In this document: positions 37,038-50,165 of the stretch, piece after piece
How the letters are laid out: each line of letters starts with the position of its first letter
How positions within the stretch are numbered: the first letter of the stretch is position 1
Assembly: GCA_028023455.1 (NCBI GenBank)
Contig: JAQFVV010000002.1
Location: 32,116,001-32,180,000, forward strand
DNA: 64,000 nucleotides
Origin: Epiperipatus broadwayi
Taxonomy: Eukaryota > Animalia > Onychophora
Direction: 5' to 3'
Position numbers and translations under genes: made by a program
Notes under the pieces: generated by a model
The model's database searches: none
What the model saw: the letters and a program-made list of their open reading frames with translations, nothing else
What the model was told of the DNA's origin: nothing

Positions 37038-39729
37038 GTAAGGCTCTTTTAGATATCTTAAAAATTCTGTCTTAACGTAAAATAGGCTTACATAAATTTG
37101 ACAAAAATTTTACATTTGCAGCATAACTTTATTTATGAATGTACATTTAATATAATATTTATTATTCATTTAAATTTGTATTGTCTCTGAGTAGAACATT
37201 TTATAATATATGTATATCTAATACGTTTTTTGTTTTTTTCCTTCAATTTCTGAATCGGTTTCTGTTTACGATAACAACGTAATATGTGGTCGAGCCTTTA
37301 TGTATAAGAAATTAGCCCTTTTTAAGATTAACTTTATATTTGATAATAATAATGTAATTTTTTGCCTATTTATATGGATATTCCTAAATGTAAGATATTA
37401 CATTTTAAACCGGAGATGTATTATTAACTGAATGCTTTTGTGTACCGTACCATATTTACGTAACCAAAACATCTTTTTTAAAGAAATAGACCACTTAGTA
37501 CAAATTATTTACTTATTATAATTTGTTAATTTTTTAATTTATTAGATGAAATTTGTTTTAAAAATATAATAAATTCGAAAATATTTTTTAAGGAATATTT
37601 GTATATTTGATTGTATTAAATGTTTACGAAATTAATAATGCCTTTATTTTATGGAAGGCGGTTAAGAAAAATATATATATTTCAAATTTATCTTCCAGAA
37701 ATTAATTTATATATATGTAGTTATTGCTTTCTTGCTTAAAAATGGACATTAATTAACGTAGAAATTTAAAAAAAACTATACGTAGGCTATGTGTAGCTAT
37801 ATAGTGTATCAAAAAAGTAGTTATCAAGATTAAATAAAGTATAAACGCAATAATAATTTGACATTATAACAACACTACATTTTAAAACTGTCATTATATT
37901 CTAATGATAATTTTTAATTAGAAATGAAGCATTATAATAAAAAGTAATGGTTTTGCAAATAAATGATTTATACGTAGATACTGTATTTTTAAAAATAAGT
38001 TTTGGAATGACAAGTTTTGAAAAATGTTTAAAAGAATACTTCATTGATCTTGAAAGGGTTTCTGAAAGTAAACTGACTTATTATTTTTTGGATATTTAAA
38101 GAAATATAGGAATAAATTGAAAGTAAAACTAAATGTCAAGCTATTTATATGTGAATCAAAAGATTTGTGCAAAATTAAGTGTTTTACAGAAAAGATTGAA
38201 TATAGAGAGGTAAATAAATAATCAAAATAAGATTGAAATAAACAACTATTAATAACTATATTAGGTACTTTGGTACTATTCCTGTAACCAAGGAAAAATA
38301 GGACTTAGTTATAATATTTATTGAATCATCTTTCATCTCCATTGAGTTTTTTCAAGATATTATAATATCTTGAAGAAAGTCTCAATGGAGATTAAAGCCA
38401 GTTCGATAAATATCTTGAGAAGATCTCAATCGAGATGAAAACCGGTTTGATAAATAGTATAATATACGTAGTTATTATAATTGTTTATTTCAGTCTTATT
38501 TTGATTGATTATTTATTTATGTATTTGTGATAACATTATGGACCAATAAATTGTATTGGATATTTGACCATTATAGTAATATAGAGAGGTGTAAAGCAAG
38601 AATGATATCACAAAGGCTAAACTCTCCATCACATGATGCTTAGTGGCTTAAAACAAGAATATCTTTTGATTTGTATTGATTTTTATTTAGATGAATTGCT
38701 ATGTTATTGTTTAAATAAGAATGGAGTTAGTTTTTGGGGTAAGAAAATATGTTTTTTCAGAAATGACTGTATTTGATAGTTATTGAGAATAAGCTTAACA
38801 AAATGCTCACTATTATTAATGAAATGTATAGCAGGTTTAGAACAAAAATAAATTTATCTACATCTAATGCGCTATTTATAGGTGAAAATGATAAAATTTA
38901 AAAATGATAATTGAACAGTAAATAGTAGTCTTTTAAAGTATTGAAAAATTTATTTATCTGATGATTAAATAAAGAGAAAGATATTAGACTAAGAATTGTA
39001 GGTACTAAATAGGCTTTTTGAAGTTTAAAGAGTTGTATTAAATGTTGGTTTGGAATAAGATTTTACGTATCTATTGTAGAGACTTGGATAGTTAACAAAA
39101 GAGAAGTAAAAAGATTGAAGGGCTTTTGAGGTACAGATTGGAGGAGGGGCAGTGTAAACAAGATAAATTGGAAGAATAGGTTTAATAAATGATGAATTTT
39201 TGAAAATGGTAATTGAGATTATTTAATAAAGAAATTATAAAGAAGATGAATTGTTTAGGATTATAAAGTTAGAAATAGAGGAATTATGTAAATTTGCTTG
39301 AAGAATGTTTAGAAGAGAATAGAAAAAGAATGAAGTTGATTGATAATCTAAAAATGTAAATAATTATGAGGGTGTGATGAAAAATAGAACAAAGGGCCAA
39401 AAGATTTGTGGAATTGTTAATGAAGAACTTGCCTTTGACAAATAACTAATGATGGTGATAGTAGTGCATGATACAGTCATCCAATTTTCAGATAACTAAA
39501 AAAAAATGTTTAAACTTTGCTTAGATTCAGATTGCATGTTGCAGATGACTGCACTAAACCAGAGATTTCTTTTTATCATAACATTTTTGTATATAAAATA
39601 TTCACACGCACAAATCTACCTTTGAATTGTAACTTCTGGAAAATCACACAAATGTGCATATGAATTTAATATGTATTGAATGTCACATGATCACCATTTC
39701 ATATGCTTGCACATGCTGTTCATAACAGT

Positions 39730-39960
39730 AAACTCTCCATATAGTAGTGCCACCAAGTGCAAGCCTTCATAATCAATGGATGCAGAAAGTTTGTGCATAA
39801 AATCCCTATCCAAGGCTCCTCGCTGATGAAAGCCACAAGCTAGAAACTAGTCTGGGGATGTTCGATGAGTATACATTAGGCAGGGATTTTATGCACAAAC
39901 CTTCCTGTATCCATTGATTACAAAGGCTTGCACTTTGTGGCACTACTGTATGAAGAGTTT
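39730..39960. mobile_element. Short HHR-bearing repeat family, copy B, in fold-back form
   Basis: Arms 39730-39807 and 39882-39960 are inverted repeats; the 74-nt loop contains the ribozyme. Confidence 0.88.
39817..39858 (+). ncRNA. Minimal type I hammerhead ribozyme motif, catalytic core intact
   Basis: TCCTCG-CTGATGA(39823-29)-A-AGC cacaa GCT-A-GAAA(39843-46)-CTAG-TC|TGGGGA. 6-bp stem I (two G.U pairs), palindromic stem III ACTAGT, predicted cleavage 39852|39853. Confidence 0.75.
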
Positions 39961-42639
39961 AGTATTCAGGTATTGAATGCAGCTGTTAAACATATTAGAA
40001 TAACAGTCCGGAATTTGTATATAAGTATCTTAAAACAATTCGTTTGTTTTCAAAGGGTGAACATATTAACTGTTAATTGCATGTATGTTGGGTTTAAATT
40101 GTAACATCACCTTACAAAGCTGTCAATTATAGCTTTATATAAGCTGATAAATTTCAACCACTGACATTAAATATCTAATAAGTAGAAATGCAATTGGAGT
40201 ATTTATAAATTATAACAAATTTTAGTACTCTATTGCAAATATAAGCTTTAAGATCTTAATCACTGTACCAAGCTTTTATACTGTACAGGTATATTATCTA
40301 AACATTAGTCTTGTCAGATATGCTAAAAAAAAAACTTGCTCAATACTTTAGAATAGCAGACTGAATTTCATGAAAGGCAATCTGTTTCAAAAATGTGAAT
40401 ATTGACAATATAACATTAAATGCATATCATGCAAGGCAGAGACAATTATAATCTTATTTACAACCTTGTACAAGGTGATAAATATCCATTATTGGTTCGT
40501 CTAATTTTTCCTATAGCTGCGCAGTGCAGAAATGCACTAAAATAAAATTTCAGACACGATTAAATGTGCAATATTTTTACAAATTGTAGTATTTATTATT
40601 AGGGTTATATATACATAATAAAACAAATGTTAACAGTAAATGTTCTCATTACATTTATTTTTCTTGGAATTTTTTCTTCTGTTCGTTATAGAAATCTATC
40701 CTTTGTATGTATCGTCTATGTTTATAGTTGTATCATTACTTACATTTAATTTCATTCAAAAATGGTTTGCTTGTTTTGAGTTTTTATTTAAATAAGTTTG
40801 TAATAATAAATTCTTGCAAACATTCTGCAAATGATGCTTGTAATGCATTGATTTTCTTATATGTAGAAAAACAATAATTAAATTATAAATATATAAGAAC
40901 TATAGTGTTATAATTTATATTATATTTTTAGGATAAGTGTATTGTCAAAAAAATATTTTTTTTACATTTTATTTACTCAACTATTCACTTACATGTATGG
41001 GGGTAGAGTCTATAAAGATTGTATTGCGATTGTGAACATTTTTAAAATCTAGGTTTTTGTTTATTAATTTTTACTCATCCAAATTTTTTTTTATATATGG
41101 GTAAAATGTTTTGCTGTAACATAGCATTTGTAAGGTTGTTCTATACAATTTTTTTTTTTTTTAATATAACACTTAAAATTTGTTTGTTTTATATTCTACA
41201 CAGTTTATCAAAATCACCATATTATTTTGATTATTATGAATGTTTTGTGTATAGATGTTCTGCTGGAACTATGTGCACGATAAGTAAAATCACCTATACA
41301 TCTTCATATGAATCAATTAATGACTTCACAAACATAAAGCTTAGAGAAAACATTTCCCACTGCTGGATTAATTATATGATAAATAATAAATGCAACTGGA
41401 ATATTTATATATAAAGATTAGACAGGTTTATGCGCACATTGCAAATATAAGCTTTAAATCATTAATTATTACTAATGTATATGTATTTCATCAAACTACT
41501 ATTCTGTCATGAAAGTTATGTATCTAAATCTCTAGAATACTCGTTAAATCTGTCTAGCCAAAGACTGACCGTATCTATGATGGTTGTGATAGTATATACT
41601 AAAGTCATTATATTTTTTTATATATTTATAGACATTTTGGACTCATATCATAGTAAATAAGGCATACTTATATATATGAATTGCATTATTATTAAAATTC
41701 TCAAATTTTTTTTTAATTAATTAAGCCTGATAGTTATGAATTTTAATGAAATATTCAACAAATCTATTTTGATTTATTTATAATTTATCCATTGATTAAG
41801 AGAACAAATCTATTATATATTTAATTACTTACTCTCACATATTTTAGTTAAAGCCCATACATAGATTTCGAAAGCATTGAGTTTAATTTAAAACATGGAA
41901 ATTCTAAGCTTTTCTTATCACAGCATCCAAACACTTGAAAGTCAAATTAGAATTAGAATTATGTATGTGATAAGAAAAACATGCTTTTCTGTCATACTAA
42001 TCAAGAAATTAAAGTATTTGTAGTAAATAAATCCGGGTAAGAAAACAATTCTCAAAAATCTATTAAGACATTTATTTAGTGTCAGTAATTAAGTTGTACG
42101 TTGGTGCATTAGATATTAAGTAGTTGTGATGAAATATATTAAAATAGAATAGCCAGTTAGATAACTATTGGCCAAAGATCGTATACTTGAATCAACTCCT
42201 TATGAGCTTCTGAAACTTAAGCTGTCCTAAATATCTGTATGTGCTGCTAACCTATAGATATGATCAGTCATAAAAACTATATGGCTATAGGAAAATAACT
42301 AGTTAAAATACTTGCAAAATCATTATTAAATCTACCTACAAATGTTTAAAAATTAAATAATTTTTTTCAAGGTGTTAAATTTTATAATTCTTAAGCTAAA
42401 TATGAAAAGAGGAAATTTATAGTCTAATTAAAATCCTGCAGCTATTAACTTTGAATAATGTGTGACTTATTGTATTTTTATAAAGTAATATTTATTTGAA
42501 AGTAGTTATTCTTAAATATTTAATTTTAGTTTTCAAATTATTTTAAATTGTTCATTTTTTATACAAAGGAACTAACTGCAAACTATGCTTTATTTTGTTC
42601 CAATCCTTCCTTGCATTCAACATATCTAATATATGTCAA

Positions 42640-42719
42640 GCAGTGGTGGTCGAGAGGTCAGCGACAGCTGCTTTACAAGCAGATGTCCCGGGTTAGCGGG
42701 TTCGCTTCCCGGCTGATGC
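42640..42719 (+). pseudogene. tRNA-like sequence (tRNA pseudogene or SINE head) with TAC anticodon
   Basis: A-box-like TGGTCGAGAGG, anticodon arm CTGC-TTTACAA-GCAG, B-box-like GGTTCGCTTCC, imperfect acceptor stem, 8-nt extra segment before the T-loop. Confidence 0.65.
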
Positions 42720-45700
42720 TATAACATATGAGAAAAAAAAACAAAACATATATAATATATAACAGCTCACATTTTGTTAATAAACATTGATTAAAAAAGA
42801 ATACATCTTGTTTATTTAACTGCAGATGTACAGTACTTTTCAACATATACATATATCTACATGGACATTTTTATAGTATAAACAAAATTTTAATAATAAT
42901 TATATACAGTAGTTATTTTTAAAATAAAATAAATAGCAGAATGTCTGATCACTCATGCATTCAATGAAGCAATAACAATAAGAAAAAACTTTTTATTTTT
43001 ATAATAAAATAAATAGCAGAATGTCTGATTTTCCTAGCTATAAAATACATTTTAAGCAATTTTTTTTCTGTTATAGAAATAATAATGGTCTTGTTTTTAA
43101 AAAATTAGAATCTCTAATTGTTTGGAAATCAATGTCAACCTTTAGTACATTCTAAAATTTTGCATAACTCTTAGCATTATGCTCAGAAAATATTTTTTTA
43201 ACAAAATACAGTTTATCAAATTTGGAAAGGATAATGAAGAATAAAATATATATGCTTTCAACATAAACTGATTTTTTTTTTATTAATATATATATATAAT
43301 CACATAGGGCACTCAGAGAAGGAAAAATGGTTACTGAGTATCGTAAAATTTAAAAATTGTTTTTGTTTGTTTGTTTATATTGATGGTTTATTTACATTTG
43401 TATTTGTTTACATTTTTTTTTAATAGCTTCTAATTGAAGTTGTATAATTAGATACAGTGCACTCACAACTCAACTGTATATGATATTGATTTGTTAGGTG
43501 TATTTCTTTAGGCTCTTATTTTAAATGTTAATTGCCATCGGAAAGTAATAATTAAACTTTGCTGATATTTATAATTATTAATTGTAAGATTTGATCCAAA
43601 CTTCACATTTATAGCCATTTGCTAGACTTTTTAATACAGTTTCATATTTATTACATAAATAGCAAAATCATATATTAGTATTATTCACTTTAATTTTTAC
43701 ATATTTTTAATGTATTATAAACATCATTTTAAATAAATCCTTATTTCTTGCTAAAATAAGTTGATTTATAATTGGATGAATGGATTATATGGATATTAAA
43801 TATTAGCAATTAAGATTATTTCATTATTTATATTTTCTTTTTTTATTGAAAATCCCAAATGAAATTATTTACAATTTTTGGAGATCTTTCTCAATTTGAT
43901 TTCTAATATTATACACTGGCTAGGCTGACTATATGTATTGTCTTAATTGAATAGTTTCATTATTTTATTCTTTCAAATGTCTGTCCTTTTAATAAAAAAA
44001 TTAAAATTGTCCAGGTATTTGATTCTTAATATATCTTCAAATAGTATTATAACAGGGCTGAGTTCAAACCCTGTTCTAAGTCATAAGGCGATACAACCGA
44101 GCATACATATATACTCAAATCAAGTGTAATATTAAGTCAAATTTTTTTTTTTTTCTCGTTGTTTTGTATGTATGCGTGTGTGTATCTATTTTAAGTAAGT
44201 AAATAAAAAGAGATTGAAACATAAGAGGGACGGGGGATTATATGGTTTGTGCTCTTATATTTTGTTTATACGCTTGTTTGTATTGCTGCATGAGTGAGTA
44301 AATGTAATAGTTTCATAAAAAGAAATTGATTCCAAGACGGACGACTAAAGGAAAGATTTTACAAATTCTAAAAGATATGTTAATTGGAAATAAAGAATTC
44401 GAAAAGTTGCAGATCGCTATCTCAAGACAAAGCCGTTTTAATTAATAAAAGTTATAAATAAGAGACAATGAACAGTCGAGTGTGGATCTCAAGGTAAAAT
44501 TGAAATTCCTGAACATAGATAAAAACAAAGAAAAGAAAAGTTATTGAAAAGATTTTCTATTTGCAAACCATGTGGTTTAATTAAAAAGACGAGAACAATA
44601 GCATGATTAATTGGAGTTGAAAAGCTGAACTTTGAAGAGGATTCTAGAACGGTGACTGCCACGAGCAGGATCGAAGGAAAATTAGTAAAAGAAAAAAGTT
44701 TATATATATTAAAATCATGAACAGGCTGGGGTAGAAGAACAGAACGGACCGGGCTATGCCATCCATCCTGCGGAGATATTATCGTCACTGTCCATGAAGG
44801 AGCGAAGCCCTTTCTAAAGTTATGGAAAGAACAGCATTCACCGGATGCCATTGATTGCCTTATGGAAGCCCACAAAAGAAAGAAATCATTTACTCATAAC
44901 ATCGCAGCACGAAGCCAGTGGAAAATTACCATTAATCTACACCCGGGTGTGATAAAGTAGGTAACTCAAATATTTTCTTAAATGACAGTAACCTCTTGAA
45001 TAAGAATATCTCAGTAAAATAATGCATAAAAGGGTTAAAAGTAAATAAAGAGACAGTTGAAATAATGCCCTATATAACAATACGCCTAAATAGACAGGAT
45101 AATGACTGATTGCAGTTATTTTTCATGCTATGATATATATGTTTTGTTTGTTACATTTATGAACTTATGCGAGTGTGTATTTACATGCGTGTCATTTAAG
45201 TATTCAGGTACAATCCAATATCCAATTACGGGATTCTGTTGGGTTTTATCATGTTTTTGCATTAATAAATATTAAGTAGTGTTTTAAATATAATTGTATG
45301 TGTTTGGTGTTAATTTTTTAAAAAAAAAAGGGTATAGATTACATAGTATAATTAAAGAGTAGCATTAAGAACAAAAGTAAGAAAGAAAAATGAATCATTT
45401 ATGCACTCCGTGCGCATTTGACCTGTTCCCTCCACCTCTTTCCCACGGTCAACGACTACTACTCCTGAGTGAGCTAGCCAGAGGTATAAGCTCTATCCAC
45501 TAGAAATAGCTACTCGTTCTCTCCCAGCATAATTCTTACTTACTCGTAAGTAAGATTGGCGCTTGGAGTCAAATTGACGTCCATAAATATGCTGGGCGAG
45601 TAATTAGAGTACATTGCAGAACCAACTACATATATATGTGTTCGCATCATAATTTTCGTTTAAATAAAAAGAGCAGAAACTTAGATTTGAAATACGTAAT

Positions 45701-45846
45701 AAACGTGTACCACCTATTTACGTGTTACGCCGGATACAAACCATTACAGTATATAAAATATGCTTATAGCCCACAGTACGCATTTAATCTGCTACAGTTG
45801 CAACAAAATTATGACTTATGAAATTTTAATATTTATATAGATATCT

Positions 45847-46039
45847 TTAAAAACCAGTCAACACTTAGACAATCCTAATATTAATAACAATCAACAAATT
45901 CAAACTGTTGTCAAGGCAACCTTTTAACAATAAAGGTGGAATTCGCTTTTATTATTAAAAGGAGGTTGCCTTGACAACAGTTTGAATTTGTTGATTGTTA
46001 TTGATATTGGGATTGTCTAAAGTGTTGGCTGGTTTTTAA
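45847..46039. repeat. Unclassified hairpin, arms of about 80 bp
   Basis: ttaaaaaccagtcaacact...gtcaaggcaacct versus aggttgccttgac...agtgttggctggtttttaa. Confidence 0.9.
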
Positions 46040-47328
46040 TGATTACTTACAAAACTATTTAGTCTTGAGCATTATTACATTTATATAGATATATATTATA
46101 AATCAGTATTTTATGGAGTTTACACAGTTTATGCACAATTTACTTTGCACTTGGCATTTCTGTAGAATAATTAATGTTTCATCATTGTACCATTACTTTT
46201 AACGCTTTATTCTATCATCACATTACTGGCTATTTCAGGAATAAAAAAAACAGGAAAATGTTAAATTGTAAATATCATAATGCTTAAATTTTAACAATTT
46301 TTTTTTTTCGTTTTATAGAATTTGGAATTTTCCTATCAGAAACTATAACTGCTATAAAAGAATATTTTCCTTAGTACATAGATTAATAAAAAATCTAGAT
46401 TCAAATACAGAAATTATTGAAGCAATGTTTGTTTCACCAAATTTTCTAAGATAACCTATTAAATAAAATAAAATATTTATGGTCAATAGCCATAATGATT
46501 TTTAGTATCTCTTGCTATCTGCTTTATTAATATTGATGTATTTTTTGATTGAGTAATCTGAAACTAGACAATCAATAAAACAACATAAAGATATTTGATT
46601 GAAATTTATTTAATATGCAACCATCATTAGAATAAAAAGGAATTGAACAATCATGTTATTATCAAACACATATACAAATATAATTACATAAATACAGTAA
46701 AATTTATATAAATTCTCCATAATTCAAAAGCTTATTAAAATAATATTGGATTGATCTGTTTAGATACTTGGTCTGAATTTATTCTCTTCAATACTCAAAG
46801 TAACCAAGTTTATTGAGAGCTACATTTTATGGTAATTCATTTAGCCAATGAATTGTTCTTCGTTTCTCACCCTGTTCTTCTTATATGAACTTAAGATCCC
46901 TTTTATATAGCCCACTATTATTTTCTGGCTCTAAAGTTTTTACGTCTTTAACAAGATTTAATCAGAACTTTTTACTAATTTCTTATTTACATTTTTGCAA
47001 AATCAAAATTAAAATATTTTTCTAAACAATTATTTCTATATGACTTATAATGAACTATTTTACTTCTACCAATAGAATTTCTGTTACAGTGGAGCTGTTG
47101 TATCCTCGGTGTTTGTTTCTGAAATCATCTACAGATGATATGAATCCATGGATAATAGCAGATGCTACATATCAAATAGATAATGTAATAAAAAAAACTA
47201 TTATATATATAGTTAAACTTTTAATACTGAGATACATATATATATATATAGAGAATGTGTTATATATACATATTTCTATAAAATCTTTTTAACTTAAAAT
47301 AAAAATAATTCATAAAAATACTATAAAT

Positions 47329-50165
47329 CAGGGATGTCCAATCTGTGACCCATGGGTTGCTTACAGCCAACACAAAATTGTAAATTTATTTAAAACATTA
47401 TATGATTACATGCCAGAATGTGACTAAAATAAATTACATATATTCTCACTATTGTATGCTTGTGTAGCTCCAGTTTTACATCAGTGTACAGTTTTCAGTG
47501 TTATGTTCTAAGTACAGAAAGTATAATTGACAACATGGTGACTTGGCAAGGCAGCGATTATCAATAACATTTCAATCTACCATTGGAACATTAGGGATTT
47601 GAAGTTATTTAGAAATCCAATAATCATTCTTATCTGATTATTAACTATATTTCCACACCTTAGCAATACCTTACTCATACACCATGTAATAGGGATAGCA
47701 ATCAGTCAACGAATGAACATTTACTTGTACATTTAACTGAACAGATTGTTTTAGCAGCCTGAAAAATCATCTGTTGGTCACACCTCTGTGTGACGGGAGA
47801 TACACAACCCTTCCCGCATGATAATGAAGCCTTGTAATAGGTTTTGTAAATGGGCGGCAATCTATGATCAGTGCTTGTTTACAGATTTGCTTGGGCTTAA
47901 AATCGATTCTGCCTTGCCCTGCATCAGCAACTGAGAGAAATGTGAAAGGGCCAAAACTTTACTCTCAATTTTCCCATCGATTAATTTTCATAATAAAAAA
48001 GAAAGAAAAAGTCCCTTATTTATTATTATTTTTTAAATTTTAATATCTTCTACAATATCTCAAAAGAAAAAAGAATCCAAAAAAAAATTACAAATGAAAG
48101 ATTTTTCAATGAAAAAATGGACTGGTGACTACTTTTTTGTCAATGCAAATAATAAGATTCTGCTTAATTTGTAGGCAATTTGTGCAAGTTTTCAAAGACT
48201 ATAACTTGGAATGGCATTATATGACCAAACATGCTACCAAATTCAATGCATATAGATTATGTCTTAAGATTCAAATAGCTGAACTGAAAAAGTCTTAACA
48301 ATTTTTTTTCAAAAGGTTACATTTGGATAGATTCCATTGTAAAACCTAGTTGTTATAGTAACATATTTAATAGGAAAAAAATCAAAACCATTCACTGAGA
48401 GTGAGATTATTAAGTAATGTATGAAAAGCATGATAAGTATAAATTGCTCCGATTCTAAAATCAATTTATCTCACCAGACTATAGCCAGGCAAATTGAAGA
48501 AATCGAAAATCTATTGGAAGAAGTTTGGAGAGTAAAGCAACTAATTTAAAATTTATACTTTGGTAACAGCTAAATGTGCTAGTTTTTTTAGAAGTATTGC
48601 TAACTAATTTAATGTTACTTAAGAAATGGCTTCTTTAGTGCCATTAAAAGACTTAACTAAATCAAGAGATTTATACAAAGCAGTAAAAAATATGTTGAAG
48701 TGATTTTCTTTGTCCACATATCTGGTATAGTTATTGATAGTGTTCCAGCGATGGTGTTTAAAAAAGGAATTGTAAAATTAATAGCAGATAATGCAATTTG
48801 CTGCCCTAAACTTATATTTGATGAAGTATCAGCAAGAAAATTTATGCCCAAAAGTTTTAAAAATGAATATGTCATGTAAATCATTTCCTACGGGCCAATT
48901 CCAGGAATTTCTTAAAAGTATTAATGTAGATTATGGTGATGTCATTTATTTTTCAGAAATAAATCGAAGCAAAACAATGAAAAGATTTTATGATTTACGG
49001 CATGTTATGACGTTTATTTGTATATAAAAAATAAGTTATGCCAGAACTTGATGAAAGCAGGTTTACAGATTTAGCATTTTTAATGGAATTAATCGCTCAC
49101 TTTAATGAGTTGAACATGCATCTTCAAAGTGAAAACCAACTTATCAATATTATGTTTCAAATCATAGCAATATTTCAAATGAAACTAAAATTATAGCAAA
49201 TAACACTTTAAAGCATTTTGACAAAATTGGCTAAACACAGTCTTGTCTATAGTGAATAATATGCAGCCTTGCTTTTCGATTTGATACAAGAATTTGAAAA
49301 TAGATTTCCAGAAAAATAATTAATATTTTGCTATATTTGCGACTATTTTCAGTAAACGTAAATTTATTATTGACAATTTTTAAATGGGATGCATAAAGCT
49401 GCAGTTTGACATTTAACTTAAAAAAAAATAACTCTTGCTTCACAATCATGTTTTATTTGTGTCGTTTTTTGGTTGATAAGGATCTTTCCTGGGAAAAGTA
49501 AGGTTGTGACTTCAAGTTTTAATCAGGGACCAGATTTTTTATTAATCATTAAAAATTCAAAAATGTGGATATCCTAACAGAAACACCGAGAGGACAAGTT
49601 AATATAAAAGCATTTAAAAAGGAACAGCATGTTTTATATGTGGATGTATTAGTGGTTCACCGATTGGTGTATATATTCACTACAAAACTCATTTTTAGAG
49701 TACTTTTTTTTCACTGATTTTCTTGCCTACATTTGTGAACAACTCTTTTCAAGAATGAAACACACTAAGCGTAAACATAGAATCAAAATATCTGCTGAGC
49801 ACTTCTGAGAAATCTCTGAGAATTGCAGCAACTTCCAATAAACGAAATATTTCTCTAATACAATATCATTTATGCCACTAGTTTTATGTTATTTTCTTTT
49901 ATAATAAAATGTCAATGACATTCTATTACTTAGATACATACTATATTAGTTATCACAAACTCGGGATATGTTTGACAATTTTAAAAGATTCTCCGAATGG
50001 GCTGCTGCGTAATTAGGATTATTATGTGAAGACTTCTTTGTTTATCTGTAGTGGGAGATATGAAAATTATGTGACTTTTTTTATATCAGCTTTCAATAGT
50101 TAGTGTATAATGTTTGTCTTAAGACAGTTCTTCCAATGTGGCTCAGAGATATCAAAAATTCCAGT
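47329..50165 (+). mobile_element. Decayed hAT (Charlie/SPIN, GTF2IRD2-like) DNA transposon
   Basis: Left TIR-like CAGGGATGTCCAA at 47329. Frameshifted transposase fragments WTGDYFFVNANNK and CLICRQFVQVFKDYNLEWHYMTKH (about 48115-48235). Charlie-like right subterminal ttcttccaatgtggctcagag; right TIR not resolved. Confidence 0.8.
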
